A DNA stretch of 64,000 nt, taken from NCBI GenBank assembly GCA_964016885.1, contig OZ024742.1, positions 246,698,001-246,762,000 of the forward strand. The letters run 5' to 3'. Under the pieces are notes generated by a model. It worked only from the letters and a program-made list of their open reading frames with translations, ran no database searches and was not told the origin of the DNA. This stretch comes from Eledone cirrhosa (Eukaryota). This document shows, piece after piece, positions 39,391 through 52,926 of the stretch; the stretch's first letter is position 1, and each line of letters begins with the position of its first letter. Made by a program: the position numbers and the translations under genes.

Positions 39391-39532
39391 ATATATATAT
39401 ATATATGAATGTATATATAGTGTATTTGGTAATACACTGTATGCTTATTTAAAACCATTTTGAAGACATTACGCTATTGTTTTAAAGTAGTGACTATGTC
39501 ACTTACTTCTTTTTTCAACAAAAAAATGGAGA

Positions 39533-39580
39533 TAAGCTGAAAGATCTCTGTTTCATACTGTTGGTATTCCTCAGAGCTTA
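39533..39580 (-). ncRNA. Type I hammerhead (F11)
   Basis: UAAGCU-CUGAGGA-AUAC-CAACA-GUAU-GAAA-CAGAGAUCUU-UC-AGCUUA. Confidence 0.8.
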
Positions 39581-39943
39581 GCACTCCCCTTGACTGTTGA
39601 AATATTATGAATGTTGGATTCTTATAGAATTCCAGAAATAATCAGGAACTGATTATACAGAGCGGTTGCCGATCCAGCAAAAATTGAAAATTAGAATTGC
39701 TACTCTGAAATAGCGATGTTTATATGAATGTATATATAGTGTATTTGGTAATACACTCTATGCTTAATTAAAAGCATTTTGAAGACCTTAGGCTATTGTC
39801 CTAAAGTAGTGACTATGTCACTTACTTCTGTTTTCAACAAACAAAGGGAGATAAGCTGACAGATCTCTGTTTCATACTGTTGGTATTCCTGGAATTCTAT
39901 AAGAATCCAACATTCATAATATTTCAACAAACAAGGGGAGTAC

Positions 39944-39991
39944 TATGCTCTGATGAATACCAACAGTATGAAACAGAGATCTGCCAGCTTA
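39944..39991 (+). ncRNA. Type I hammerhead (F11), U16.1C change
   Basis: UAUGCU-CUGAUGA-AUAC-CAACA-GUAU-GAAA-CAGAGAUCUG-CC-AGCUUA. Confidence 0.7.
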
Positions 39992-40132
39992 TCTCCCTTT
40001 GTTTGTTGAAAAAAGAAGTGACATAGTCTCTACTTTAAAACAATAGCGTAAGGTCTTCAAATTGAGCATACAGTGTATTACCAAATACACTATATATACA
40101 TTCATATATACATCGCTATTTCAGAGCAGCAA

Positions 40133-40182
<50 letters not shown>

Positions 40183-40294
40183 ATATATATATATATATAT
40201 ATATATAAATACGTTATTCCGGGTTGAATCGGAGGTAACCACAGTAAGTAAGGTACTCAATACATTGCAGAGTATAAAAGTTTTAATATAGATG

Positions 40295-40348
40295 AGATTC
40301 TACAGGACTAGAACTGTTGTTTCATTCTTTAGAAATCATCAGGAATCT
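40295..40348 (-). ncRNA. Type I hammerhead (F12) in fold-back 40280-40408
   Basis: AGAUUC-CUGAUGA-U-UUCUAAAGAA-U-GAAA-(CAA)CAG-UUCUAGUC-CUG-UA-GAAUCU; mirror copy at 40347-40390 lacks the stem I 5' strand. Confidence 0.75.
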
Positions 40349-40406
40349 GATGACTTCTAAAGAATGAAACAGTTCTAGTCCTGTAGAATCTCATCTATAT
40401 TAAAAC

Positions 40407-40464
<58 letters not shown>

Positions 40465-41145
40465 CACACACACATATATGTATTTGAAAAAAGGAAAAGA
40501 ATGACTTCACTTACAGTTCTAAACAATTTAATTTTATATTATAATTTTACAATTTTGTTTTGTTTTTCTTCTTCTTCTTCTTCTTCACCCGCCTTTTCCT
40601 TAAAGGGTCGTGTGTATATTGAGTGGGGTGGGGTGGGAGACAGGGGCAGAGTCCTTCTCTTTACCAACATAATTTGACGGACATGGAAGAAAGGAAGGGC
40701 ACATTCGAACCTGGTGAGGTTTGAAATTATGACCTGACAAATAGCAAGAGAATATTCCAGCAAGACTAACATTCTGTCCACGTGGCATGCATCAGGAATC
40801 AAACTGATATTCTAGCGATACTAGCAGTCTGTCCATCTGCCTAATATGTTGAATCATTGATTCCGATATTTTAGCGAGACTAGCAATCAGTCCGTGTTTC
40901 ATTTATTTTGAATGATTCTAATTTTTATTCAAAGTATTTCCAACACGGTCTGTTAAACGTTGTTTCTTTAGTTAAGATGCGATGAAGAGGACAAATTATA
41001 AGCTATTTGGTTCAGTGATACATAAATGGACAAATAAATACATTAATTAAATATATGAAGGAAATAAATAGATTTATAACGATAATAATGATGATTATCA
41101 ATATTAATTATATTAGCAGCAATAATGCTAATTCACACACACACA

Positions 41146-41222
<77 letters not shown>

Positions 41223-41224
41223 GC

Positions 41225-41274
<50 letters not shown>

Positions 41275-41335
41275 GTATGTGTTTGTGTGTGTGTATACTC
41301 AAACATGCCCACATATATAGGCACGTACACAAATA

Positions 41336-41370
<35 letters not shown>

Positions 41371-41376
41371 TATTAG

Positions 41377-41409
<33 letters not shown>

Positions 41410-41423
41410 CACACTCACACACT

Positions 41424-41454
<31 letters not shown>

Positions 41455-41869
41455 TTTTTTTTTAACGTATTTATACAATGTATGTGTCTAGTTTATGTGT
41501 GTATGTAACATAATTATTGCCTGCACGCTTCAGCGGAAATTGAACCAGCCACCAAGGATTCTGTGATTTCAGAGACGGCAGGAAACTATTAGTTTTAATA
41601 TAATTATAATGAAACAGGATATATCTAATTAGCCATGGTCTGCGCATGTATTGGTCAGTTGTATTTGTAGTTAACTGCGCTAGCTTGTAGGACGTTAGTG
41701 GATGAGCGGTAATGAGTTCGTTTCACAGCTACGTAGTTTCGGATTCGTCTCATTGTGTAATTGCGAGGTACCTTGGGCAAGTTTCGTCTACTATAATCTC
41801 AGGCCAATCAATGTCTAATTAATAGTAGTAAATTGATGTGTATGCTAGTAAAAACAATTTAATAGAAAA

Positions 41870-42125
41870 AGAAAATGAAAATTTAGGTTGAGAAGAAAGA
41901 ATGGAATGTAAAATAAGAAAATATAAAAAAAAGGAAAAGGAAGGGAAATGCAAGGACCCTAGTATCACGGAAGAATGGGGAAGGAGAAGGGTGATTGGGC
42001 TCTGGACCTTGGGCGCAGCGGTAATGGGACTGTGCCCCACGGACAAGACCGCAAAAGCATTCCCGCGGACTATGTCTATCGACACTCGCTGCAATAGCCA
42101 TACCACCTCGCGGGGCTCCTGTGAA
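41870..42125 (-). mobile_element. CRE-clade 3' end
   Basis: EPREVVWLLQRVSIDIVRGNAFAVLS plus a 3' UTR like 14170-14300. Confidence 0.8.
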
Positions 42126-42134
42126 TGACATTTA

Positions 42135-43815
42135 CTTTGACGGAAACTGCCGCCTCTAAATAAGCCTAGTTGACAAAGGACCAGATTGGTGAATGGCGCG
42201 AATAAGACCACCGAAATTGCAATATGGTGAGGAAAACAAAGAAAAACCATACAGCACCGTCCTTCTCGGATAGAGGAGCCTGTTAAAAAAATACATTGCA
42301 GTCTTCATTTTATGCCGCAAAAACTAGTGATAGGTATGCGAGCTGTCCTGGGAGGCGTAGGATGGACGCACAAAGGTTGCGTATCCCAAGGGGGCAAACC
42401 ATGATAGTTGGAAGCTGGAACACCACAACTAGTATAGTAAGGAGCGGTAACTAGTCGACGATGCTAGATGCTACCGGCTAGATATAGTCGAGGTTTCCTC
42501 AACAAAGTTCCATGGCTCTGACACTGTAGATTTGGATGGAGGATGGAAACTCCACTATTCAGGTGTGGCGCCAGAAATGACTGCACAGGCTGGAGTGGGG
42601 ATACTCACAAGCCCCCAGCTGTCAGTATGTGTTATGGACTGGATCCTGTTAGGAGGGAGCATTTGCCTCTTGAAGCTGAGGCTGAGAGATAGGTTTCTGT
42701 GTGTGGTCTAAGTTTATGCACCAAACAAGGAGCCCGAATACAGATCCTTCCTTGATGAAGTAACTGCAGCATTAGATGTAGCTAAGACTGAGTCATATAT
42801 CCTATTTGGAGACTTCAATGCACATGTTGTCACTGACGATCTGACTTGGAAAGGAGTGATTGGAAGGAATGGCGACCCCGATCTAAATACAAATGGAGAG
42901 CTTTGTTGAACTTCTGTTCTAGCAATGGACTCTATGAACATCTTCCAGCACAGAGATATCCATAAATCATGAACAGAAATCTATAATTGATTTTGCAATG
43001 GTCTCTGATCTCTTTGATTCTGTGCTGAATGTTCATGTTAAGAGAGGGGCTGAGGTGTCAACTGATGAAAATCTGCTGGAATTTGCAGAAGACATGGTGT
43101 TACTCAACTGGATAGAAGATGATCTTCGACTTGCACTTAAGTTTGATGTTGAGTGCTGCATGGCTGGAATGAAAGTCAATGCTGCGAAAACTGAGACACT
43201 CCTCGTCCTCTCAAAGAAGCCTGCGCAGTGCACTCTAGATGTGAATGAAGTTCCACTGAAACAGGTAGAGAACTTCAAGTACCTCGGGGCCGTGTTCACG
43301 AGTGATGGAAGGCAAGAGGCTGAATTAAGTGCAATGCAAGAATTGCAAAAGCTGATGCAGAAATGCGCCAGCTTCAGTATTCAGTAATCCCTCAATTCAG
43401 TTTTCGTGCCAACCCTTACCTATGGTCATGAATCTTGGGTAATGACAGAAAGAATACGATCGTGAATACAAGCGGTCGAAACGAGATTCCTCCGAAGAGT
43501 TTTGGAGTAACGTTACTCGATAAAGTGCGGAGCTCGAAGATCAGAGAATCACTGCAAGTAGAGCCACTACTTCTCCGAATTGAAAGATCACAGCTCCGAT
43601 ACTATGGGCATGTGGTTAGAGTGCTGGACAGATTTTTACGGGCGAAACCAACAGGTAGAAGTCCCAGGGGTAGACCCCAAGTAAGATTGTTGGATAACGT
43701 TCATGAGCTTGGCTCATCACGTTTGGGGATCCAGCTGGATCAGTTGGAGGCGGTTGCTTCTGACAGGACCCGTTGGAGAAAGTGTTTGAGGACTCTGCCC
43801 CCACGACCCTCTCAG

Positions 43816-43820
<5 letters not shown>
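42135..43820 (+). mobile_element. RTE-clade (Expander/REX3-like) LINE, internally deleted, (TAA)n tail
   Basis: APE: GWKLHYSGV..AQAGVGILTSP, VYAPN, GDFNAHV...WKGVIGRNGDPDLN, KRGAEVSTD joined directly to LLEFAEDMVLL...FKYLG..FTSDGR; C-terminus EPLLLRIERSQLRYYGHV...LPPRP. Confidence 0.88.
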
Positions 43821-43853
<33 letters not shown>

Positions 43854-43952
43854 CTTTCTTTATTAACCACAAGGTTTACACAAAGTAGACATTAATGACA
43901 GTACAGGACAATACTGGACGGTACAAAAGGGCATAATAATAATAATAATAAT

Positions 43953-44537
43953 CATTTTGACCTGCCCCATCAAAGGAATTGGTGGGAGCATCAACCACCT
44001 CCCATACTTGAAAAAGATCATATCTCAATCTTGTGGAACTTTAGCATCCAAACAGACCGAAAAATAGATGCAAATAGACCTGATATAATATTGAAGGACT
44101 TTAAAATGAGGGTATGCCTGCTAATTGATATGTCCGTTCCAATAGACAAGAATGTATCTATAAAAACATTTGAAAAATTGAGCAAGTATAAGGACCTGGA
44201 GATAGAAATTGGAAAAATGGGGAAATTGAGAACTAAATCAATACCAGTGGTTGTAGGCGCTCTAGGAATGGTACCTAAGGGGTCTCATGATTACTTATCG
44301 CAAATCCCAGGAAACACGCGTATAGGAGAAATACAAAAGATAGTACTAATGGGAACTGCCCATACACTAAGGAAGATTCTGTCAATATAAGTACATCACA
44401 AGTCTAAACACCTAAAGATGCATGTGTGTGTATGTATGTTCTTTCTTGAACATGGCGGACCTTGTTGTCTCTTGAGGTCACTGGTTGTGACTTGGTGATA
44501 ACTCGTATGAACATAAAGCAATATAAATGCAACTATA
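43953..44537 (+). mobile_element. 5'-truncated R4/Dong family B copy between (AAT)n tracts
   Basis: Near-identical to 28893-29471. Confidence 0.92.
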
Positions 44538-44580
44538 ATAATAATAATAATAATCATAATAATAATGATAATAATAATAA

Positions 44581-44626
44581 TCAAACTTTCCAGTTAACTA
44601 ACATCGATGACTGAGACTCAAAGAAC
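44581..44626 (+). mobile_element. 45-bp 3' tip of R4/Dong family A between (AAT)n tracts
   Basis: AAACTTTCCAGTTAACTAACATC.ATGACTGAGACTCAAAGAAC matches 25481-25524. Confidence 0.85.
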
Positions 44627-44666
<40 letters not shown>

Positions 44667-45034
44667 TTGGTTGTTCATAGGAGGTGGAACTAATAATATT
44701 GGTAGTGGTAATGGGGGTGGTGATGGTGATGGAGGAAAGTGGTTGTGGGGATAGTAGTGATGGTGGTGGTGGTAGTAAATACAAAAGCTTCAGTGGTGCA
44801 GAATGAAGGTTTAGTTAAATTAAATAGAACTGAATTAGTTAGTATTGTTTATAATTAGTGGGTTGTATCAATTAAGGGATGTAATTATAATGTAGTCCGA
44901 CGCGCGTGCTTGTATGTGTAGGTATATTGGTCTTGTGTAATATGATATGTATATTTATATATTGTTATATACATATACGTATGTGAGTATGTTTATGTCA
45001 GTCTCTCTCTCTCTGTCTCTCTCTGTCTACACAT

Positions 45035-45183
<149 letters not shown>

Positions 45184-45740
45184 ATTCACAGACTAGATTC
45201 CTTCTTCCTCCCGTTAGACCTGTACGGAATTCCTTCCTTGCTCACATTCCAACCAGATTTGATGGTCTTTATTCTCTCTCGTTCACGATTTCACCGAACT
45301 TATATTCATGGAAATTTGGGACTTGACTCTTTCTTCCTCATTTTTCGTTGCTTCACCATCTTTGTTTGTTTACACTCTCGTGTCCCCTTTATTTACGTGT
45401 CCCAACGACTTTTTTTAGCCGTTGCTCGCACCAACCGGAGGTATATGGTCTTTAAAGTGATGAAATACCAATGATGGTTGGAAGATCATTGATGAAGGAC
45501 TAACTTTATTCATATATATATGTACACATATATTTATATAGATATTGTATGTACGCACACACTCACACACATACATACATACATATATATAAACTTACAC
45601 ACACACACGCACAGACATAGGCATACATATGCACACACATACATACCAGATATATATATATAAATATTTATTAACATTTATATATATTTATATATATTAT
45701 CCTTATCGAGCCCTCTTCGGAATTTAGTCTTCACATTTAT

Positions 45741-45861
<121 letters not shown>

Positions 45862-46366
45862 GAGAGGTATAGAGATTGTTTTAGCAAGAAGCTAACGGCA
45901 TTCTATAACATATATGCGACTATAACGTCAAGATGGGAAAAGTAGTTAACGAAAGATTTAGGAAAAATAACTCAAACTCATCTCAAAAGAGAATCAGGAT
46001 ATAAATTCATCCACAGAATTTAGTAAAATCCAGGGAAAATCTATAGACCTTTAACTCATGATAAAATAAAGTTTGAAACACTTATCCTTCAATTTGGAAT
46101 AACATCAAATGCTCTGTATAGTCTTAAAAGACTATTTCATGAAAACTTTCAGTGGAGATGGTCACGGTTGGAATTTCAATCATCAGCAGAGCTCAACAGA
46201 AAACCAGGGCTCTCACAGTAATATAATCCGAAAAAGGGAATTCTAAAACTGGCTAGTTCGCCTTCATGTGTATTTATGAAAAAGCACATGAGGAAAAAAC
46301 GGGGCTAGTGACGTCAGGATGGAAGTGAATGTTTATTTACAAGAAATAGCAGTCAAATACATTCTG

Positions 46367-46415
<49 letters not shown>

Positions 46416-46630
46416 TGTAAGTATGTATGTATACGTACATACATATATGTATACAGACGTACAGTAGTATGTATTTATATACATACACGCACACACATAT
46501 ATATATGCACGTATCGGTTTACCGAACATTTATTATAATGCTCGGTTTGTTTGTTTGTAAACAAACAAACAGCCCGAATTACGCCGTACAGTGTTTAGGC
46601 AACCACGTCACGTTTTTGATCAACACAGGA

Positions 46631-46673
46631 ACGATGTACTAGTTTCAAGCTTATTAGCTATCGTCAGCATCGT
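46631..46673 (-). ncRNA. Canonical minimal type I hammerhead (F8)
   Basis: ACGAUG-CUGACGA-U-AGCU-AAUA-AGCU-U-GAAA-CUAG-UA-CAUCGU; perfect 6-bp stem I, palindromic CUAG, GUA site. Confidence 0.88.
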
Positions 46674-46948
46674 ATACCTTCCTGCCAGATGGTTGAACGT
46701 CTGAAAGTATGTACTTTCCTTATGCATATTCCTGTATACATATATGTATGTACGTATACATATTTACATTTAAGTAAGTGCCGTACTAAGACTGAGAAAT
46801 GAAATTTCGTTTCATTCTATTCCATTTATCGTTTTCGGTGCGCCCGGCCGACTGAACTCACTCGATATACAAATTAGGCTGCTCAGCCGTTAATATGCAT
46901 AAGGAAAGTATATACTTTCAGACGTTCAACCATCTGGCAGGAAGGTAT

Positions 46949-46991
46949 ACGATGCTGACGATAGCTAATAAGCTTGAAACTAGGACATCGT
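46949..46991 (+). ncRNA. Minimal hammerhead (F8), U16.1G change
   Basis: Identical to 46631-46673 except the site reads GGA. Confidence 0.75.
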
Positions 46992-47429
46992 TCCTGTGTT
47001 GGTGTTGAACAAAAAGGTGACGTGGTTGCTTAAACACTGTACGGCGTAATACGGGCTGTTTGTTTGTTTACAAACAAACAAACCGAGCATTATAATAAAT
47101 GTTCGGTAAACCGATACGTGCATATATATGTGTGCATGCATGTATGTATATATATACATACTACTGTACGTCTGTATACATATATGTATGTACGTATACA
47201 TACATACATACTTACATTTAAGTAAGTGCCGTCATAAGAGTGAGAAGTGAAATTTCGTTTCATTCTATTCCATTTATATATATATATATATATATATAAT
47301 TTTGTTATATTGTACTGTGTACTCTATCGGAAATATTGATTTCGAAACAAGGTCACCAATTCAAGTGAAGATGAAAATTAATTATATCGACCCTAGTACA
47401 TGGTCTTCGACAATAAATTAATTATTTCA

Positions 47430-47780
47430 ACTTTTGGTACAAGGCCAGCAATTATCCCAGTACATTACTGGTACTTTATTTTATCGACTCCGTAAGGATG
47501 AAAGGCAAAGTTAACCTCGGCGAAATTTGAAATCAAAACGTGAAGGGCCGTAACTCTATTCCGTGCAGCATGGTGTCCGACGCTCTACCGATACTGCCAA
47601 TCCACCGCCCTCTCCATGACCATAATAATGATTTTTACTATAGGCACAAGGCCAGCAATTATGGGGGAGGGGAAAGTCGATTAAATCGACCCCAGTGCAT
47701 TACTGGTGCTTTATTCAATCGATCCCGTAAGGATGAAAGGCATGTTGACCGATGCTCTACCGATTCGGCCAAATCTACCG
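47430..47780 (-). mobile_element. Two tandem tRNA-derived SINE copies
   Basis: Same family as 2540-2720. Confidence 0.8.
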
Positions 47781-47814
47781 CCTTCTGCTCCGACCATAAT
47801 TGTTTCTATTTTCG

Positions 47815-48398
47815 TAATGGTGATGGTGATGGTGATGGTAATGATGATGATGGTGGCGTTGATGGTGATGCTGATGGTGAAGCTGGTGATAATGATGGTG
47901 ATGCTGGTGGTGATGGTGGTGGCGATGATGGGAATGATGATGGTGGTGATGCTGGTGGCGATGGTGGTGGTGATGGTGCTGATGATGGTGGTGGTGATGG
48001 TGGTGGTGATGGTGGTGGTGATGGTGGTGGCGATGCTGGTGGCGATGGTGGTGGTGGTGAAGCTGGTGATAATGATGGTGATGCTGGTGGTGATGCTGGT
48101 GGTGATGATGGGAATGATGATGGTGGTGATGCTGGTGGCGATGATGGTGGCGATGGTGGTGGAGAAGCCGGTGATGATGATGGTGATGATGCTGGTTTGT
48201 GATGATGGTGGTGGCGATGATGGTGGTGATGCTGGTGGTGATGATGATGGTGATGATGGTGATAATGATGGTGATGATGCTGGTGGTGACGTTGGTGGCG
48301 ATGATGGTGGTGATGCTGGTGGTGATGATGGTGGTGATGCTGATGGTGAAGCTGGTGATAATGATGGCGATGCTGGTGGTGATGGCGGTGATGGTGTT
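47815..48398. repeat. (GGT/GAT)n low-complexity tract with ~180-bp internal duplication
   Basis: GGTGAAGCTGGTGATAATGATGG recurs at ~47876, ~48056 and ~48345. Confidence 0.9.
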
Positions 48399-48647
48399 TA
48401 GGCGATATAGAAAAATGTTGGCTAGATTTTCAAATATATTTTTCACGGAAAATTCAAGAAGGCAACGGGAAAAAAATCGCCACCCCCCCACCTCCTCTTC
48501 TGCTCCGCCTCATTCCTCTCCTCCTCCTCCCCAACAGCTTTATTCATCATACACTAATTTCTTCATTCACTAATTTCTTTCTATCTTCCATTTTTCTTTT
48601 TCTGTACGCCATTCTTTCTTGTTCTATACACCATCAGCTCCGTCCTT

Positions 48648-50135
48648 TATGTATGTATGTATGTATGTGTGTATGTATGTGTATGTATGTATGTATGTAT
48701 GTATGTATGTATGTATGTATGTATGTATGTATGTATGTATGTATGTGTGTATGTATGTGTGTATGTGTGTATGTGTGTATGTATGTATGTATGTGTGTAT
48801 GTCTGTATGTATGTATGTATGTGTGTATGTGTGTATGTATGTATGTATGTGTGTATGTATGTGTGTATGTGTGTATGTGTGTATGTATGTATGTATGTGT
48901 GTATGTCTTTATGTATGTATGTATGTGTGTATGTGTGTATGTATGTATGTATGTGTGTATGTATGTGTGTATGTATGTATGTATGTATGTATGTATGTGT
49001 GTATGTGTGTATGTGTGTATGTATGTATGTATGTATGTATGTATGTGTGTATGTGTGTATGTATGTATGTGTGTATGTATGTATGTATGTGTGTATGTGT
49101 GTATGTATGTATGTGTGTATGTATGTATGTATGTATGTATGTGTGTATGCATGTATGTATGTATGTATGTATGTATGTGTGTATCTATCTATGTGTGTAT
49201 GTGTGTATGTGTGTATGTATGTATGTATGCATGTGTGTATGTATGTATGTATGTATGTATGTATGTGTGTATGTGTGTATGTGTGTATGTATGTATGTAT
49301 GTATGTATGTATGTATGTATGTGTGTATGTATGTGTGTATGTATGTATGTGTGTATGTATGTATGTATGTATGTATGTATGTATGTATGTATGTATATGT
49401 GTGTGTATGTATGTATGTATGTATGTATGTATGTATGTATGTATGTATGTATGTGTGTATGTATGCATGTGTGTATGTATGTATGTATGTATGTATGTGT
49501 GTATGTGTGTATGTATGTATGTGTGTATGTGTGTATGTATGTATGTATGTATGTGTGTTTGTATGTATGTATGTATGTATGTATGTGTGTATCTATGTGT
49601 GTATGTGTGTATGTATGTATGTATGTATGTATGTATGTATGTATGTATGTATGTATGTGTGTATGTATGTGTATGTATGTATGTATGTATGTTTGTATGT
49701 ATGTATGTAAGCATGTATGTGTGTATGCATGAGTGTATGTGTGTATGTATGAGTGTATGTGTGTATGTATGTATGTATGTATGTATGTTTGTGTATGTAT
49801 GTATGTTTGTATGTATGTATGTATGTGTGTATGTTTGTATGTATGTATGTATGTATGTATGTATGTATGTATGCTTGTATGTGTGTATGTATGTATGTAT
49901 GTATGTATGTGTGTGTGTATGTATGTATGTATGTATGTATGTATGTGTGTATGTATGTATATATGTATGTATTTATGAATGCATGTATGCAAATATGTAT
50001 GTATATATGTATGTATGTTGGTATATATGTATGTATATGTATATGTATGTATTTATGTATGTATGTATTTATGTATGTATGTATGCAAGTATGTACGTAT
50101 GTATCCATGTATGTATGTATGTATGTATGTATATA
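48648..50135. repeat. 1.5-kb (ATGT)n/(ATGTGT)n simple repeat
   Basis: Seen directly. Confidence 0.97.
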
Positions 50136-50790
50136 TTTGACTCCATATACATATCCAAGTGTATACACACACACATACAGATAGAAATACACACATATGT
50201 CTATGAATATATCTTTTATTTCTTATCAACGTAAGATAAACTACTTTCCATTCCAGAATCAAGCAAAATAAAAAAAAATAAAAATCCCAACAACAACAAC
50301 AAAAAAAATGACGAAAACAAACAAGCAAAAAACAAAAACATTTCAAGATATATACATTGAAACTAATATTATCGATTTCAACTGTGATACAAGTGTAATA
50401 TACCAATACATCACCAGTTTTTACGTTCGAATCACACTTATCTCCACACACCTTGTCAATGAGGTTTGATTTACTGCGCTTTCCATCCTGGCCATTTTTT
50501 TTAATATAGTACGATTGATATGTTTTTGGCAAACACGAGGTGGTAGTGGTGTTTGTGGTGGTCGTGGATGGAGCGCAAAGTTGACTCTTATTATTGAAGA
50601 AGGTGGCGAGAAATGGGAGGTGAAAGGGGTGTGTAAGGGTTCGAAACACAACGTTTATCGTTTGGAGTGGATTTTTGTTGTTGTTGGTGTTGTTGTTGTG
50701 GTTGTTGTTTTTGTTGTTCTGTTTGGGTTTTTCTTATTTGCCGATTGAAATATTTAATCTACGCCAATTGCATGCAAAATACATATATAC

Positions 50791-50855
<65 letters not shown>

Positions 50856-50975
50856 TATACATACATACATGTATACATACATATATACATATATATATAT
50901 ATACATATATGCACATATATAAGCATACATATTTATATATATACATACATACATACCTACGTATATACATGCGTA

Positions 50976-51038
<63 letters not shown>

Positions 51039-51805
51039 CAATTAAAACATTATTTGTCTCTAATAACTTCATTGTTGAATTTATTTAGATGGATTTGACT
51101 GCTATTTCGAGCATCATTATAAGCCTGTCGTACTGTTCTAATACATATAAAGAGATATGTTCATTTAGTAATTGAATGGCGCAACGCGCTGGACACCATG
51201 CGGTTTCGGAAACGACATGGTCTGTATTCTTTTATTCATATCTCTTCTAATTCCAAAGAATTCGATATCGGATGAAGGAACTGAAATTCTTCCAATATTG
51301 GTTATGCAAATATTTTGAAAAATAATGTTGTTTCTGGTATTCCAGAAATCATGGTTGGCGAACTATATGAGTAAAACAGATTTATTTTAGTTTTCTAGCT
51401 TATACCCCAACCAAATTGAGATTTTGGCTTAAGTTCAGTATGTGGATAAGGTCATATAAAATGAATAAAAAAAGGTGCGCAAAGTCAACTGAAAAATAAC
51501 GAAACAGCGGACCGTCCCTTCTCAACAGTTGACCTCTGGAGGTTCTCATGGTTTCAGTTCTTTAAGGTCGATCCGCGAGCTTCAGTTCACATGCGACACT
51601 AACAAATGAACATAAGACAGATCGATTGGTCTTCCGACTATGTACAAATAGAATATAATTGCTACAAATGGAAAGATGCTCACATACATACATACATATA
51701 TACACACTTACCTAAAAACCTTCCTATATACATACGTACAAACTTATATACATATGTAATACGTATACACTTACGTAATACATACATATATATATATATA
51801 TATAT

Positions 51806-52656
51806 ATCATAAATAATGTCCCTAGAATTATTAGATAAAATATATACTATTTCCTCTCCCAATTAGCATAATTAACCATATAAAAAATCAATTAGACCAG
51901 GCTATAAGAATAAAGACTTCTATGAAGAAATATTTGATAAATAACCGAAAGCAGCCTCTTCGCGGTTGACCACAATAGAGTATTTACCCAACATTTCAAC
52001 AGCATGTAGAAACTGACCAAATATACCGTCAACCATACACAATTAGGTATAAAATTAAAGTTAGAAGAAATGCGTACATGCCGTAATTATATCCCTACTA
52101 TGATTTCGTTCGTATTTTGAGATATCCTATTAAGGATAAATCTCGTGTATCGAACTCATCAGGAGACAAACTCAATAGGACAGTTAATTTTCCAAAGCGA
52201 TCCCGCCAGAAATAGATTAAAAAAATGGCTAAGAATCGTGACGTGGCAGTGGTCAAGTTAGAAAGAATGTGATTAGTTGCTTACAGCGAGTAGGCTGGTT
52301 GCTAGAAAGCGTAGCCCAATATCGCCCAAATTGCATCTCAACCCAACGGGAGATTATTAAATATAAAGATTTACATATACATAAAGTCACAGATATATAT
52401 GTGGCAACCGTTCACGATGTGGCTCAATGAAGAATTAATAATCAGAGCAATATATCATAAATCATGTCCCTAGAATTATTAGATAAAATATATACTATTT
52501 CCTCTCCCAATTAGCATAATTAACCATATAAAAAATCAAATAGACCAGGCTATAAGAATAAAGGCTCCCATGAAGAAATATTTGATAAATAACCGAAAGC
52601 AGCCTCTTCACGGTTGACCACACTAAAGTATTTACCCAATATTTCAACAGCATGTC
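51806..52656 (-). mobile_element. Non-coding 648-bp terminally redundant hammerhead unit (F13)
   Basis: 51806-52006 repeated at 52454-52655 (period 648); hammerhead in the unique part; left end in (TA)n. Confidence 0.8.
52090..52168 (-). ncRNA. Type I hammerhead with extended stem II (F13)
   Basis: UGUCUC-CUGAUGA-GUUCG...GAGAU.UAUCCU-UAAU-AGGAUA-UCUC...CGAAC-GAAA-UCAUAG-UA-GGGAUA. Confidence 0.78.
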
Positions 52657-52751
52657 GCGCATGCGCAGACTGAGCACACAACACACACACAGAAACAAAA
52701 TGGCGTAGGACAGAACAAAGGAGAGGCATAGAAACAAAGAAAGGAATCCCC

Positions 52752-52796
52752 AGTCACTGAAGAGGTCACAGAGTGTGTGACGAAAGAACTATGACT
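52752..52796 (+). ncRNA. Hammerhead in 5' pLTR (F5)
   Basis: AGUCA-CUGAAGA-G-GUCACA-GAGUG-UGUGAC-GAAA-GAAC-UA-UGACU. Confidence 0.85.
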
Positions 52797-52926
52797 ATAT
52801 ATAAACAACTATCTGGTTGTGGAACCAACCAACCAACCAGAAATTTATAAATTTATAAATTTATTATAAATTTATTATAATAAATTGAAGTGAAAGCAAC
52901 TGGTGCGTGTGTTTCTTATTGGCAAC

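Larger units (their letters stand above)
39404..40140. mobile_element. Non-coding 319-bp tandem hammerhead unit (F11) plus inverted copy
   Basis: GAATGTATATATAGTG at 39407 and 39726 (period 319); 39891-40140 is the inverted copy; (TA)n on both sides. Confidence 0.88.
46416..47277. mobile_element. Non-coding ~448-bp terminally redundant hammerhead unit (F8) with inverted partial copy
   Basis: 46733-46830 repeated at 47174-47277; 46416-46731 is the reverse complement of 46892-47214; (TA)n on both sides. Confidence 0.88.

Noticed and set aside
47540-48491. 220-238 aa Gly/Asp-, Met/Val- or His-rich ORFs
   Set aside because: SINE sequence plus a (GGT/GAT)n low-complexity tract
50403-50500. Possible host exon on the minus strand (DGKRSKSNLIDKVCGDKCDSNVKTGDVL then GT)
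   Set aside because: No polypyrimidine acceptor and no recognisable homology; needs RNA-seq
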